Assembly: GCA_965203325.1 (NCBI GenBank)
Contig: OZ241875.1
Span: 3,488,001-3,552,000 of the forward strand
DNA length: 64,000 nt
Direction: 5' to 3'
Source of the DNA: a bacterium
GTDB taxonomy: Bacteria; UBA8248
A program made the translations under genes and the position numbers. The notes beneath the pieces were generated by a model, which was not told where the DNA came from, searched no databases, and saw only the letters and a program-made list of their open reading frames with translations. This document shows positions 1-9,650 of the stretch, piece after piece. Position 1 is the first letter of the stretch. Each line of letters starts with the position of its first letter.

Positions 1-41
1 AGGATAACGCCGGGAGACGGGCTGGACGGTTTTTTCGCCAT

Positions 42-1004
42 GTGTTGGCGCAAAGAGGGCGGGAATTGCTGAAAGGGATACTGAAGGGCATTTTCTGGTT
101 CGTGTTTCTGGTCGCCTTGGGCGGTGCCGGGGGCGCCGCGGGCCTCTACGTCTTCCGGGGGGGAGAGGGCGTCTTCCTGCCCCGGGTCACGGGCCTCGAC
201 GTGGTTCGCGCGCTGGAACTGCTGGGCGAGAAGGGGATTCCCATGCAGGTCACCGGGCGCGCCTTCAGCGATTCGGTGTCCATGAACCACGTCGTGCGCC
301 AGAACCCACCCGGCGGGCGACGCATACGAAAGGGAAGAATCGTATCGCTGGTTCTCAGCAAGGGCCGGCGGGACGTGACGGTGCCGGCGGTGGTGGGGGA
401 GAACCTGGTTCGCGCGGAGACTCTCATCCGCCTGGAAGGCCTTCGCGTCCGGCTGGTGGAGCGGTTGTACGATCCCGGGAAACCCATCGATCAGGTTCTG
501 GGCGTCTGGCCGAACGAGGGTGAAAACATCCGGCGCGGCGAGGGCGTGGTGCTCGTCGTGAGCCAGGGTCCCAGAGAGCGGGCCTACGTCATGCCTGCCC
601 TGATCGGGGAGCCCGTCAACAACGCCCTCGACAAGGTCCGCGCGCTCGGCCTGAACGTCGGGCGCGTGCGCTACGTGGACCGCCCGGGATCGCTCAGGGG
701 TTCCATCGTCTCGCAGATTCCGCCGCACGGGCGGCGCGTTCTGGCGGGCCACCGCGTGCACGTGGACGTGGCGCGCGGGGCGGACCAGATGGCGGGAAAT
801 TTCATCGTCCTGCGCTACCGCGTGCCGCACGGGAAGCCCAGGCGCGCGCTTCGCGTGGAACTCGAATCGAACGGCGAGAAGCGCGAGGCGCTCTCCCGCG
901 AGGTGAGCGCGGGCGAGGAGATTCACCTGCTGGTGCGGGTGAAGGGCGCGGCGAGAGCGCGCATATTCCTGGACGGCCTGCTGGTCGAAGAACAAACGCA
1001 TTAG
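42..1004 (+). CDS. Membrane-anchored PASTA domain-containing protein (3 PASTA repeats, no kinase domain)
   Basis: N-terminal TM helix; three PASTA-like repeats (LPRVTG..QNPPGG..V.LV.SKG; VPAVVG; MPALIG..QIPPHG); upstream of rpe. Confidence 0.85.
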   Translation: MLAQRGRELLKGILKGIFWFVFLVALGGAGGAAGLYVFRGGEGVFLPRVTGLDVVRALELLGEKGIPMQVTGRAFSDSVSMNHVVRQNPPGGRRIRKGRIVSLVLSKGRRDVTVPAVVGENLVRAETLIRLEGLRVRLVERLYDPGKPIDQVLGVWPNEGENIRRGEGVVLVVSQGPRERAYVMPALIGEPVNNALDKVRALGLNVGRVRYVDRPGSLRGSIVSQIPPHGRRVLAGHRVHVDVARGADQMAGNFIVLRYRVPHGKPRRALRVELESNGEKREALSREVSAGEEIHLLVRVKGAARARIFLDGLLVEEQTH

Positions 1005-1295
1005 GGGATCGTTGAAAAAGCCTCGCTAGGGGCGGGCGGTATCGGGGGTTACGCGGCGGTTCTTCTTTCTGCCGCGCAGGTGGCCACAAAACCTCATCCT
1101 GAGTAGGCGCGAAAGCGCCGTATCGAAGGATGGGGGGTGCATCCCTCCGGCGGGCGCGAATTTCGCCCTTCGATACGCCGCCTTCGGCGGCTACTCAGGG
1201 TGAGGGGTGCCGGGGAACGGCGGAGCCTGCCCCGAGCGAAGTCGAGGGACCGCTACTCAGGATGAGAGAGATGTGAGGGTTTTTTAGGCAGCCTC
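1004..1295. mobile_element. MITE-like element E1 carrying an inverted pair of CCTCATCCTGAGTAG..GTATCGAAGG repeats
   Basis: Left end GGGGATCGTTGAAAAAG (1004-1020), right end TTTTTTAGGCAGCCTC (1280-1295); ATTA on both flanks (1000-1003, 1296-1299); internal inverted copies 1092-1129 and 1167-1205. Confidence 0.7.
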
Positions 1296-1313
1296 ATTAG
1301 GGAAGGAATCGAC

Positions 1314-1991
1314 ATGGCGAAGCCCGATATGGCGCCCGGCGGAATCCGGGTCGCGCCCTCTTTGCTCTCGTGCGCTTTCGAGCGGATGGGCGAGGAGATA
1401 GCGGCGGTGCGCGAAGCCGGGGCCGACTGGCTGCATTTCGACGTGATGGACGGCCGTTTCGTGCCGAACATCTCCGTGGGGCCGCTGGGCGTCGAGGCGG
1501 CCAGAAGAGCCGCACCGGACATGGTGCTCGACGTGCACTTGATGATCGCGGATCCGGATCGCTATATCGATGCGTTCGCCGATGCGGGCGCGGACATCCT
1601 GACGGTGCACGTGGAGGCGCCGAGGCACGTCCACCGCACCCTCCAGAGCATTCGCGCGCGCGGCCTGGGCGTCGGGCTGACGCTCAACCCCGGAACGCCG
1701 CTTTCGGCGGTGGAGGGTCTGCTCCCGCAGGTGGACATGGTCCTCGTCATGAGCGTCAACCCGGGTTTCGGCGGCCAGAAATTCATACCGGCTTCGCTTG
1801 AGCGGATTCGCCGCCTGAGAGAGATGATCGAGGCGGGGGGCCTGTCGGTTCTGATAGAGGTCGACGGCGGCGTGACGCCGGAGAATACGGCGGAAATACG
1901 CGCGGCGGGCGCGGAAGTGCTGGTGGCCGGTTCCGCCGTATTCGGCGCGGAAGACTACGCCGAGGCCATACGCGGCATCCGGGGCGGGTGA
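1314..1991 (+). CDS. rpe: Ribulose-phosphate 3-epimerase
   Basis: APSLLS, HFDVMDGRFVPN, DVHLMI, MSVNPGFGGQKF, VDGGV, VAGSAVF motifs. Confidence 0.97.
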   Translation: MAKPDMAPGGIRVAPSLLSCAFERMGEEIAAVREAGADWLHFDVMDGRFVPNISVGPLGVEAARRAAPDMVLDVHLMIADPDRYIDAFADAGADILTVHVEAPRHVHRTLQSIRARGLGVGLTLNPGTPLSAVEGLLPQVDMVLVMSVNPGFGGQKFIPASLERIRRLREMIEAGGLSVLIEVDGGVTPENTAEIRAAGAEVLVAGSAVFGAEDYAEAIRGIRGG

Positions 1992-2150
1992 AAAGGCCTG
2001 ATGAATGAGGGTCTCACGCGACTAGGGAGGCGACGGTTTGTGTAGGGGCCGCATATATGCGGCCCTTGTGGTGGGTGAAAAAATCCGGGTCGCATATATG
2101 CGACCCCTACACATAAACAAATTTTCCCTCTCCGGCTTTTCAACAACCCC
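1981..2150. mobile_element. MITE-like element E2 carrying a GTAG-REP doublet
   Basis: Degenerate left end GGGGCGGGTGAAAAGG overlapping the rpe stop; right end GCTTTTCAACAACCCC (2135-2150); GTAG-GGGCCGCATATATGCGGCCC..GGGTCGCATATATGCGACCC-CTAC (2042-2110); homologous to 33734-33878 and to the reverse complement of 46481-46647. Confidence 0.75.
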
Positions 2151-2210
2151 CTCAAAGGGGAGTGAGAAAAACCCGAGCGGGAGAGAGTGGCCACCCCCAT
2201 CCACACGCGG

Positions 2211-2240
2211 TTGACACTCGCCGCATAAAATCCTTATAAG
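2211..2240 (+). promoter_or_regulatory. Putative sigma70 promoter of the ffh operon
   Basis: TTGACA (2211-2216), 18 nt spacer, TATAAG (2235-2240). Confidence 0.55.
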
Positions 2241-2312
2241 TTGGGTTTCCGCACCCGGCCTGGCGGGTGGAAAATCGTAAACATATTGAATATCAACCAG
2301 TTGGGGTGTTCG

Positions 2313-3647
2313 ATGTTCGACGGCTTGAAAGAGCGCCTGGGCGGGATCTTCAAGGACCTGAGAAGCCGGGGCGTTTTGGGAGAAAAAGAGGTCGATTCCG
2401 CGCTCCGCGAGATTCGCCTGGCCCTGCTCGAAGCCGACGTGAACTTCCGGGTCGCCAAGGATCTGGTGGCGAAAATCCGCGAGGATCTCCTCGGCGCCGA
2501 GCGCGTCGCGCACCTGGACCCCTCCCAGCAGGTCATCAAGGCGGTCCAGGGGCGTCTCACCGAACTCATGGGGGCGAAGAGCGCGCCGCTCGAGCGCGCC
2601 GCGAGCGGCGTCACCACGGTGATGCTCGTGGGTCTCCAGGGTTCGGGAAAAACGACGACGGCCGGCAAGATCGCCCTCAGGCTTAAGAGTAAGGGAATGC
2701 GCGTATTGCTCGTCCCCGCGGACGTAGCACGCCCCGCCGCCATCACCCAGCTCAAGCGGCTGGCCGAGCAGACGGGCGCCGACGCGTTCGATTCGGAAGG
2801 TATGCCGGACCCCGTGGAGATCGTCCGCCGGGCCGGTGAAAGAGCCCGTTTGGAGCATTTCGATTACTGCATCGTGGACAGCGCGGGCCGGCTGCACGTC
2901 GATGACGCCTTGATGGACGAGTTGAAGCAGATGAAAGAAGCGGCGCGGCCCGATGAGGTGCTCCTGGTCGCGGACGCCATGACGGGCCAGGAAGCGGTGA
3001 ACCTGGGCGCGGCGTTTTCCGAGCGCATCGGCATCACGGGCGTCGTGCTGACGAAGCTCGACGGCGACGCCAGAGGGGGCGGCGCGCTTTCGCTTCGCTC
3101 GGTGACGGGCGTGCCCGTCAAGATGGCCGGTGTGGGCGAGAAGCTCGACGCGCTCGAGGATTTTCATCCCGAGAGAATGGCGTCGCGCATTCTGGGGATG
3201 GGAGACGTCATGTCCCTCATCGAGAAGGCCGAAGCCGCCATCTCTCCCGATGATGCGAGGTCCATGGTGGAATCCCTCGGCAAGGGGAATTTCACCCTCG
3301 TGAGCATGAAAGAGCAGATCCTCCAGATGCGGAAGATGGGTTCGATGGGCGATGTCCTGTCCATGATACCGGGGCTGGGAAACAGGATGCCCGACGTGGA
3401 TATCGACGAGAAAGAACTCACGCGCACGGTGGCCATCATCGATTCGATGACGCCCGCCGAGCGGGTGAAGCCCGAGATCATCAAGGGCAGCCGCAGGAAG
3501 CGCATCGCCGCCGGGAGCGGAACCCGGGTGCAGGACGTGAACCGGCTGCTCAAGCAATTCGCGCAGACACAGAAGCTGATGAAGCAATTTTCCAGGGGCG
3601 GCAAGAAAAAACAGATGCAGAGAATGCGTCAAATGCTAAATTTCTAG
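2313..3647 (+). CDS. ffh: Signal recognition particle protein
   Basis: [31 protein letters not shown] and Met-rich M domain; start moved to ATG 2313 (MFDGL). Confidence 0.98.
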   Translation: MFDGLKERLGGIFKDLRSRGVLGEKEVDSALREIRLALLEADVNFRVAKDLVAKIREDLLGAERVAHLDPSQQVIKAVQGRLTELMGAKSAPLERAASGVTTVMLVGLQGSGKTTTAGKIALRLKSKGMRVLLVPADVARPAAITQLKRLAEQTGADAFDSEGMPDPVEIVRRAGERARLEHFDYCIVDSAGRLHVDDALMDELKQMKEAARPDEVLLVADAMTGQEAVNLGAAFSERIGITGVVLTKLDGDARGGGALSLRSVTGVPVKMAGVGEKLDALEDFHPERMASRILGMGDVMSLIEKAEAAISPDDARSMVESLGKGNFTLVSMKEQILQMRKMGSMGDVLSMIPGLGNRMPDVDIDEKELTRTVAIIDSMTPAERVKPEIIKGSRRKRIAAGSGTRVQDVNRLLKQFAQTQKLMKQFSRGGKKKQMQRMRQMLNF

Positions 3648-3658
3648 GGAGAGAGACT

Positions 3659-3904
3659 TTGGCCGTAAAAATCAGACTTGCCCGCGGGGGCATGAAAAAA
3701 GCGCCGCGTTACCGCGTCGTCGTCCAGGACGAGCGCATGCCGCGCGATGGCCGTTTCATCGAAAGCATCGGCCGCTACGATCCGTCGGAAGACCCTGCAT
3801 TCGTTCATATCGATCTCGAGAAGGCGAAGGCCTGGATGGAAAAGGGCGCCATCCCCACAAGGACGGTCAGGAACCTTCTCGACAGGGCGGGCATCGACGA
3901 TTAG
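3659..3904 (+). CDS. rpsP: 30S ribosomal protein S16
   Basis: [34 protein letters not shown] start. Confidence 0.98.
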   Translation: MAVKIRLARGGMKKAPRYRVVVQDERMPRDGRFIESIGRYDPSEDPAFVHIDLEKAKAWMEKGAIPTRTVRNLLDRAGIDD

Positions 3905-3913
3905 GGAAACCCC

Positions 3914-4420
3914 GTGAGCGACAGGGTGGCCGTGGGCGTCGCGCTCAGGCCGCACGGCATCAAGGGCGCCGTTCGGGTGGAGCCCTGGCTCGACGACGCG
4001 GGCGTCTACGGGCGAATCGAAGAAGTGTTCTCCCGAGATGAGCCTGGGCGGAAGTTCGAGGTGGCGTCCTGGCACCAGGGCGGCAAGGGAGCCATCGTCT
4101 GGAAACTCACGGGAATCGACACCCCCGAAGACGCCGAGGCGCTGCGGGGGACGATTTTTTTGGCGGACAGGAAATTCCTCGACGGCCCCGATGAGGGCGT
4201 TCTCTATTTCGAGGATTTCGAGGGCTGCGAGATCATCGACGAGGAGGGAAGCCCTCTCGGGCGCGTGGTGGATATGTTCGGAGCCGGCGGCAACGATGTC
4301 ATCGTCATCCGCACGCCCGAAGGAGGAGAGTTGCTCGCGCCCGCGACGCGCGAGGTCGTGTTGCGGCGCGATGGGGATCGCTGGGTTTTCCGACTGCCGA
4401 AACTCGACCACGAGGATTGA
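3914..4420 (+). CDS. rimM: Ribosome maturation factor RimM
   Basis: RPHGIKGAV, AEALRG, GGNDVIVI; synteny rpsP-rimM-trmD. Confidence 0.93.
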   Translation: MSDRVAVGVALRPHGIKGAVRVEPWLDDAGVYGRIEEVFSRDEPGRKFEVASWHQGGKGAIVWKLTGIDTPEDAEALRGTIFLADRKFLDGPDEGVLYFEDFEGCEIIDEEGSPLGRVVDMFGAGGNDVIVIRTPEGGELLAPATREVVLRRDGDRWVFRLPKLDHED

Positions 4421-4429
4421 GGAGGCGTC

Positions 4430-5158
4430 ATGCGCATCGACGTTCTTTCCGTGCTGCCCCGCATGGTGGAAGAGGCGTTCCGGGAGGGCGTCGTGGGGCG
4501 CGCGGTCGAAGGGGGCCTACTGGAGCTCAAGGTCTGGAACCTGCGTGATTTCGCCGAGGGGAAATATCAACAGGTCGACGATGCCCCCTTCGGCGGCGGG
4601 GCGGGCATGGTGATGAAGCCCGAACCCATCGTGAAGGGCGTCCGGGCGGTTCGCGAAGACGCCGGTGCCGAGCCGCTCAAGGTGCTGCTCACACCGCAGG
4701 GGCGGCTGTTCGATCAGGAAACGGCCGTGAGGTTCTCGGAAGCCCCCCGGCTGCTCCTCATCTGCGGAAGGTATGAGGGCGTGGACGAGCGGGTGAGCGA
4801 ATTGTGCGTGGATGAGGAGATATCGGTCGGCGATTACGTGCTCTCGGGAGGAGAGATTCCGGCCATGGCGGTTATCGACGCGGTCGGCAGGCTCCTCCCC
4901 GGCGTTCTGGGCAACGATGCTTCCGCCGCGCAGGACAGCTTCACCGATGGCCTTCTCGATCATCCCCACTACACGCGGCCGGCGGAGTTCGAGGGGGTTC
5001 GCGCGCCGGACGTGCTCCTCTCTGGCGACCACGAGGCGGTTCGTCTCTGGAGGAGGCGGCAGGCGCTCCAAAGAACGCGGGAGAGGCGCAGGGACCTCTT
5101 CGAGCGGGCCGAATTGAGCGATGAGGATCTGCGCCTGCTCGAATCTTCCCGGCCTTGA
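4430..5158 (+). CDS. trmD: tRNA (guanine37-N1)-methyltransferase
   Basis: VDDAPFGGGAGMVM, CGRYEGVDER, SVGDYVLSGGE, HPHYTRP. Confidence 0.98.
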   Translation: MRIDVLSVLPRMVEEAFREGVVGRAVEGGLLELKVWNLRDFAEGKYQQVDDAPFGGGAGMVMKPEPIVKGVRAVREDAGAEPLKVLLTPQGRLFDQETAVRFSEAPRLLLICGRYEGVDERVSELCVDEEISVGDYVLSGGEIPAMAVIDAVGRLLPGVLGNDASAAQDSFTDGLLDHPHYTRPAEFEGVRAPDVLLSGDHEAVRLWRRRQALQRTRERRRDLFERAELSDEDLRLLESSRP

Positions 5159-5173
5159 AGGGAGCACGGGATA

Positions 5174-5746
5174 GTGGGGGAGGTCTATCTCGCGCTGATT
5201 CACCATCCGGTGCTCAACCGCGAGGGCGGCGTGGTGACTTCTTCCGTGACCAGCCTCGATTTGCACGATCTCGCCCGCGTGGGCCGCACCTATGGCGTCT
5301 CGGGCGTATTTGTGGTACATCCTTCCGCTCCGCAGCGGGCGTTCGTGGAGCGGGTGATCGGGCATTTTACGCAAGGACCGGGCCGCGCGCTGCACCCCCA
5401 AAGGGGAGAGACGCTGGAATTCCTCGAAGTTCTGCCGTCCCTGGACGCGCTCATCGAGGATGTGGAACGCAAGGAATCGAAAAGGCCGCGATTCGCCGCC
5501 ACGACCGCCAGGCGGATGCCCGGCGCCGTGGGGTATGAAGCGTTCCGTGAGGCAGTGAGGGAGACGGACGCTCCGCACGTCATCCTGTTCGGCACGAGCT
5601 GGGGCCTTGCGGATGAGGTTCTGGAGATGTCCGACGTGGTTTTGCTGCCCGTGGAGGCGGGAGCCGATACGGGATTCAACCATCTCTCGGTTCGCGGTGC
5701 GGCGGCGATAGTGATGGATCGCATTTTCGGCAAAAGAGATGTATAG
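5174..5746 (+). CDS. SPOUT-class RNA methyltransferase (DUF2168 type, trmD-associated)
   Basis: YLALIHHPV, DLHDLAR..RTYG, LFGTSWGL, FNHLSVR; located between trmD and rplS. Confidence 0.85.
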   Translation: MGEVYLALIHHPVLNREGGVVTSSVTSLDLHDLARVGRTYGVSGVFVVHPSAPQRAFVERVIGHFTQGPGRALHPQRGETLEFLEVLPSLDALIEDVERKESKRPRFAATTARRMPGAVGYEAFREAVRETDAPHVILFGTSWGLADEVLEMSDVVLLPVEAGADTGFNHLSVRGAAAIVMDRIFGKRDV

Positions 5747-5776
5747 TGCCGTTTTTTCAGGACAAGGAGCAGGCAG

Positions 5777-6124
5777 GTGAACATTATCGACAAAATCGAG
5801 CGCGAGGGCATGCGCAAGGACGTTCCCGATTTCGAGCCGGGAGACACGGTGCGCGTTCACGTGAAAATCGTCGAGGGCGACAAGGAGCGCATCCAGGTGT
5901 TCGAGGGCACCGTCATCGGCAGGCAGGGCGGCGGGCTTCGTGAGCGGTTTCGCGTCCGAAAGCTCTCCTACGGGGTCGGGGTGGAGCGCATCTTCCCGGT
6001 GCATTCCCCGCGAGTCGACAGGATAGAAGTGACACGGAAAGGCCGCGTGCGCCGCGCGAAGCTCTACTACCTGAGAGACCGCAAGGGCAAGGCCGCCCAA
6101 GTGAAAGAGCGTCGCTGGAGGTAG
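5777..6124 (+). CDS. rplS: 50S ribosomal protein L19
   Basis: [38 protein letters not shown]. Confidence 0.98.
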   Translation: MNIIDKIEREGMRKDVPDFEPGDTVRVHVKIVEGDKERIQVFEGTVIGRQGGGLRERFRVRKLSYGVGVERIFPVHSPRVDRIEVTRKGRVRRAKLYYLRDRKGKAAQVKERRWR

Positions 6125-6281
6125 ATAGAAGCAGAACCTCCGTTTTCGCGCCTCGACGTACTCTTTTTTATTCTTCGTTGTTGATTCTGCAACATTTCCG
6201 CCCATCATATACCGCACTGGAAGGGACGTGGCTGAAGCGCGCGCTGTTTCGGCATGAACCCTTGCTGAAAGGGGATGTGAA

Positions 6282-7157
6282 ATGGGACGAATCCTTGCGA
6301 TTCTCTTAACGACAATTCTTCTTTTCGGATGCGGCGGCGATGAGAAAAGTTCAGAGCCCCCCGCCACCATGCCGGAAACCAGCCCCACCGAAGGCGTCGT
6401 GCTGAATGAGAATGCGGCGCTCTCCATCAGCGACAGTTACCTTAGCGTTCAGGCTGTTCCGGGGCTGCCGCCTGCGGAACTGACGCTCGAAACGGACTGC
6501 GACGGCCCGTCCTGCACGCTCACGGAACCAAATACGGGTATCGGTGAATCCGTATCCGTGCAGGATATCCAGGATACCGAAACGTCTGACATAGAAGAGC
6601 TAAGACAGGCGACGCAACTCATCCTGACGAGAAAAGGCGTCCCCGTCTATGGCGGCTCCGTCACCTTCGCATTGGGAGAAGACAGCACCGTCAGAGCCAC
6701 GGCTTATGGCGGCTGGATGGTCCACAACTTTTTCCTCGCGGCCTGGGGAAATTATTCCGGTCCAAACATCCGCTCGGCCGATTTCGGCACGGGGCTTTCG
6801 GTCGGCAACGCCACCGGAACGCATCCCGACGCGGACGCCACCTACAGCGGCGTCATGCTCGGCGTGATCACGGCGGGAGGAGGTACCCAGGGGAACGGCG
6901 TGGAAGGAGACGCGGCGCTTGATTTCAGGGTGGCGAACCCCGGAGGCGCTCAGATGGACGTTTCCTTCACCAACATCATGAATCAGAAAACGGATGGTTC
7001 GCTTTCCGACATGACGTGGAACGATATTGCGGTTCGCGCCGACGGAACGTTCGATACTGGCAACATCCACGGAATCTTTTACGGGCCGAATCACGAAGAA
7101 GTGGGCGGGACCTTCAATCGCGATGGCGTGGCCGGCGCTTTCGGCGCGAGCAAGTAG
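6282..7157 (+). CDS. Lipoprotein with transferrin-binding protein B (TbpB)-like C-terminal beta-barrel
   Basis: Lipobox LLFGC (Cys17), acidic/Pro linker, C-terminal GIFYGPNHEEVGGTF..GAFGA signature. Confidence 0.75.
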   Translation: MGRILAILLTTILLFGCGGDEKSSEPPATMPETSPTEGVVLNENAALSISDSYLSVQAVPGLPPAELTLETDCDGPSCTLTEPNTGIGESVSVQDIQDTETSDIEELRQATQLILTRKGVPVYGGSVTFALGEDSTVRATAYGGWMVHNFFLAAWGNYSGPNIRSADFGTGLSVGNATGTHPDADATYSGVMLGVITAGGGTQGNGVEGDAALDFRVANPGGAQMDVSFTNIMNQKTDGSLSDMTWNDIAVRADGTFDTGNIHGIFYGPNHEEVGGTFNRDGVAGAFGASK

Positions 7158-7175
7158 ATCGTACTTCCGATTCAG

Positions 7176-7209
7176 AAGACCCGGGACTAAGTGTCCCGGG
7201 TCTTTTTTT
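7176..7209 (+). terminator. Rho-independent terminator
   Basis: AAGACCCGGGAC-TAAGT-GTCCCGGGTCTT followed by T tract, between convergent genes. Confidence 0.85.
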
Positions 7210-7225
7210 GTTGGTTTCTCTCCCC

Positions 7226-8215
7226 TCAACCCTCTATAAAATTCTGCACCTCGCTGAACAGCGCCTCGCGGCACCATTCGTACTGGGCGAAATGCGTGGC
7301 GTCTCCCAGCGTGACCGAGCGCTTCCCGCGGCTGTTCACGAGCGCGCGGTAGACGGCGGCGAAGACGGGGTCGGTCGAGCTTCTGTCGTGATCTCCCCGG
7401 ATGGTGAGGACGGGGCAGGTGATTCTGCCCGCGTCATAAAGCGGCTTATTGCGCGAGCGGTCGTAGCTGTCCGCCATCGCGCCGTTGGGCACGCGGACGG
7501 CGGGGACTCTTCGCTTCGCCCCTTCGGGGTCGAATCTCTGCTGTTCGCTCCAGAATCGCTTGATGGCTTTTTCGGTCCGCCACTTCGCGTGTTGCCCCTT
7601 TGGGATGCTCCCGTCCCATCGCTCGCGCTGGTAGGCTTCCGTCACCCAGCGCCAAGCGCCCTTTCTAGAGTCCCAGCGTCCGGGGCGCGCGGGGTCTTCC
7701 CAGAGCGCCGCCGCCTGGGGGTTGTCGTATGCGTAAAAAGGCGCGTAGAGCGCGAGCCGGCGGACCCTCGCCTGCTTCCCGGCGGTGAAGGCGGCCGTGG
7801 TGGTCGTGCCCCACGACCAGCCGAGGAGGTTCAGCTTCCCGACTCCGTTTTGCCCGCATATGAACCGCACGGCGGCGTCGATGTCGCGCACCGCCGTGAT
7901 TCCCCGCACGGCGGGGGGTTGGCCTTTGGGGCTTCGCAGCATCTCCGGCGGCCGCGTGGAGGGGCCGTAGCCCCGGATGCACAGCGCGTAGACGTGAAAG
8001 CCGCGCGCGGCGGCGAAGTCCATCCAGGAGTAGCCGGGCAGCGGCAGGTCGAAGGCGACGGGGGCGGGCGTGCTCTGCCCGTGCACCATGAGCAGCGTAC
8101 CCGCCGCATCGGATTTCTTCATGCCGCGCGGTTTTTTCTCCCTTAAGTGCAGCTTGATGCCGTCGTCGTGCGCGTCGATGAGGTGGTCTTTTCGGAACAG
8201 CTTGGATTTCGCCAA
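7226..8215 (-). CDS. Alpha/beta fold hydrolase
   Basis: LMVHG, RGYGPS, GWSWG nucleophile elbow, GDHD acid, ATHF His; likely TTG start at 8215 after GGAGA. Confidence 0.85.
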   Translation of the reverse strand: MAKSKLFRKDHLIDAHDDGIKLHLREKKPRGMKKSDAAGTLLMVHGQSTPAPVAFDLPLPGYSWMDFAAARGFHVYALCIRGYGPSTRPPEMLRSPKGQPPAVRGITAVRDIDAAVRFICGQNGVGKLNLLGWSWGTTTTAAFTAGKQARVRRLALYAPFYAYDNPQAAALWEDPARPGRWDSRKGAWRWVTEAYQRERWDGSIPKGQHAKWRTEKAIKRFWSEQQRFDPEGAKRRVPAVRVPNGAMADSYDRSRNKPLYDAGRITCPVLTIRGDHDRSSTDPVFAAVYRALVNSRGKRSVTLGDATHFAQYEWCREALFSEVQNFIEG

Positions 8216-8365
8216 CGTAGGTTCTCCAGTCAGGATATTCAGGTTCAAGGATGTCCGCATATTCTCAGATTTTCAGGCTTTGCCCAAGCGCAGCGGCAAG
8301 TTTGCCTTGAGAACTCTTGGGCGCAGCGATATATTGGGGAAATCTACCGCCCTTTTTGGTATTTC

Positions 8366-8968
8366 ATGTATTCCGTAGAACGCGAACTCGCGCGGGAAGG
8401 CGCCTCGCCCGTCGCAGGCGTGGACGAGGCCGGGCGCGGCCCCCTGGCGGGCCCGGTGGTGGCCGCCGCCGTGGTGCTGGATCCGGAGAATCCGATACAA
8501 GGCCTTGCCGACAGCAAGAAACTCTCCGCGCGCCAGAGGGAGGCGCTCTTGTCCGAGATTCTGGAGAAGGCGCGCGCCGTCGCCCTGGCGGCGGCGGGGC
8601 CGCGCGAGATCGAGCGGATCAACATCCTGCAAGCCTCCCTTCGCGCCATGGCGATCGCCGCGGAAGGCCTTGGGCTCGCGCCCGCCCACGTTCTCGTCGA
8701 CGGAAACCGGAAGATTCCCACCGCACTTCCGCAGACGCCCCTCGTAAAGGGCGATTCGCGCTGCGCCTGCATCGCCGCGGCGAGCGTGGTCGCCAAGGTC
8801 TACCGCGACCGGGTGATGGCCCGGATGGACGGGCGGTTTCCGGGTTATGGTTTCGGCAGGCACAAGGGGTATCCCACGCGGGATCATCTGGCCGCTCTCG
8901 CGCGGCATGGTCCCTGCCGGATTCACCGGCGCACGTTCCGGGGCGTGCCTGTCGTAGCGGGTGCATGA
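8366..8968 (+). CDS. rnhB: Ribonuclease HII
   Basis: GVDEAGRGPLAGPVVAAAV, DSKKL, VDGN, KGD, IAAASVVAKV.RD, HKGYPT; start codon uncertain. Confidence 0.95.
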   Translation: MYSVERELAREGASPVAGVDEAGRGPLAGPVVAAAVVLDPENPIQGLADSKKLSARQREALLSEILEKARAVALAAAGPREIERINILQASLRAMAIAAEGLGLAPAHVLVDGNRKIPTALPQTPLVKGDSRCACIAAASVVAKVYRDRVMARMDGRFPGYGFGRHKGYPTRDHLAALARHGPCRIHRRTFRGVPVVAGA

Positions 8969-8975
8969 GGGCCAC

Positions 8976-9335
8976 ATGAGCCGCGAGAGCGGGAAAATCG
9001 GAGAGGACGCCGCCGTGAGATTCCTGCGCCGCCAAGGCTATGAGATCATCGAGCGAAACTACCGGGGCACCCGCTACGAGGTGGACATCATCGCGCGCGA
9101 GGGCGGTGTGTTGTCGTTCATCGAGGTGAAGACCCGCGCGCCGGGCAAGTCCTTGAGCGGGGCGGAGTCCGTGGGCCGCGAGAAACAGCGCAGAATCGCG
9201 CAGGCCGCGCAGCACTACCTGATGACGCACCCCGAGGAGCGCTCATCCGTCTGCCGATTCGACGTGGTGCTGCTCGAAACGGATGCGGGGAGAAAACCCA
9301 GGGCGAAGGAATTGATTCGGAACGCGTTTCAGTAG
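8976..9335 (+). CDS. yraN: YraN family protein (UPF0102)
   Basis: GEDAA..L...GYEIIERN, EVDII, FIEVKTR, RFDVV; follows rnhB. Confidence 0.92.
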   Translation: MSRESGKIGEDAAVRFLRRQGYEIIERNYRGTRYEVDIIAREGGVLSFIEVKTRAPGKSLSGAESVGREKQRRIAQAAQHYLMTHPEERSSVCRFDVVLLETDAGRKPRAKELIRNAFQ

Positions 9336-9409
9336 CGCCTCTTTGCGGCCTACTCCTTCGGGGCCGTTGGGAAGGCCTCCGCCGGGGGTAAAGGAGATGC
9401 CCTCCCGTA

Positions 9410-9649
9410 GGGGCTGTTGAAAAAGGCCACATTTCAGGGGTAGAGGAGAAGCTCCTCTCGGATAGAAAGCCACCCCCCCCTACCCCCCCCTTGTCAGGGG
9501 GGTATAAAAAGGCGATGCGCTCCCGCCGGGTTGAGGGGGTTTTGCTTTTTCTTGCCTCCCTGACAAGGGGGGGTAGGGGGGGGTGGTTTATGGGGTTTCC
9601 CTTTCAAGGGGGTTGCTATTACCCTCTCAGGGGCTTTTTCAACAATCTC
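9410..9649. mobile_element. MITE-like element E3 carrying an inverted pair of CCCCCCTACCCCCCTTGTCAGGGGGG repeats
   Basis: Ends GGGGCTGTTGAAAAAG (9410-9425) and CTTTTTCAACAATCTC (9634-9649); CGTA on both flanks (9406-9409, 9650-9653); inverted cargo about 9470-9586. Confidence 0.8.
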
Positions 9650-9650
9650 C

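Noticed and set aside
3905..3913. Absence of khpA between rpsP and rimM
   Set aside because: Common lineage-level variation.
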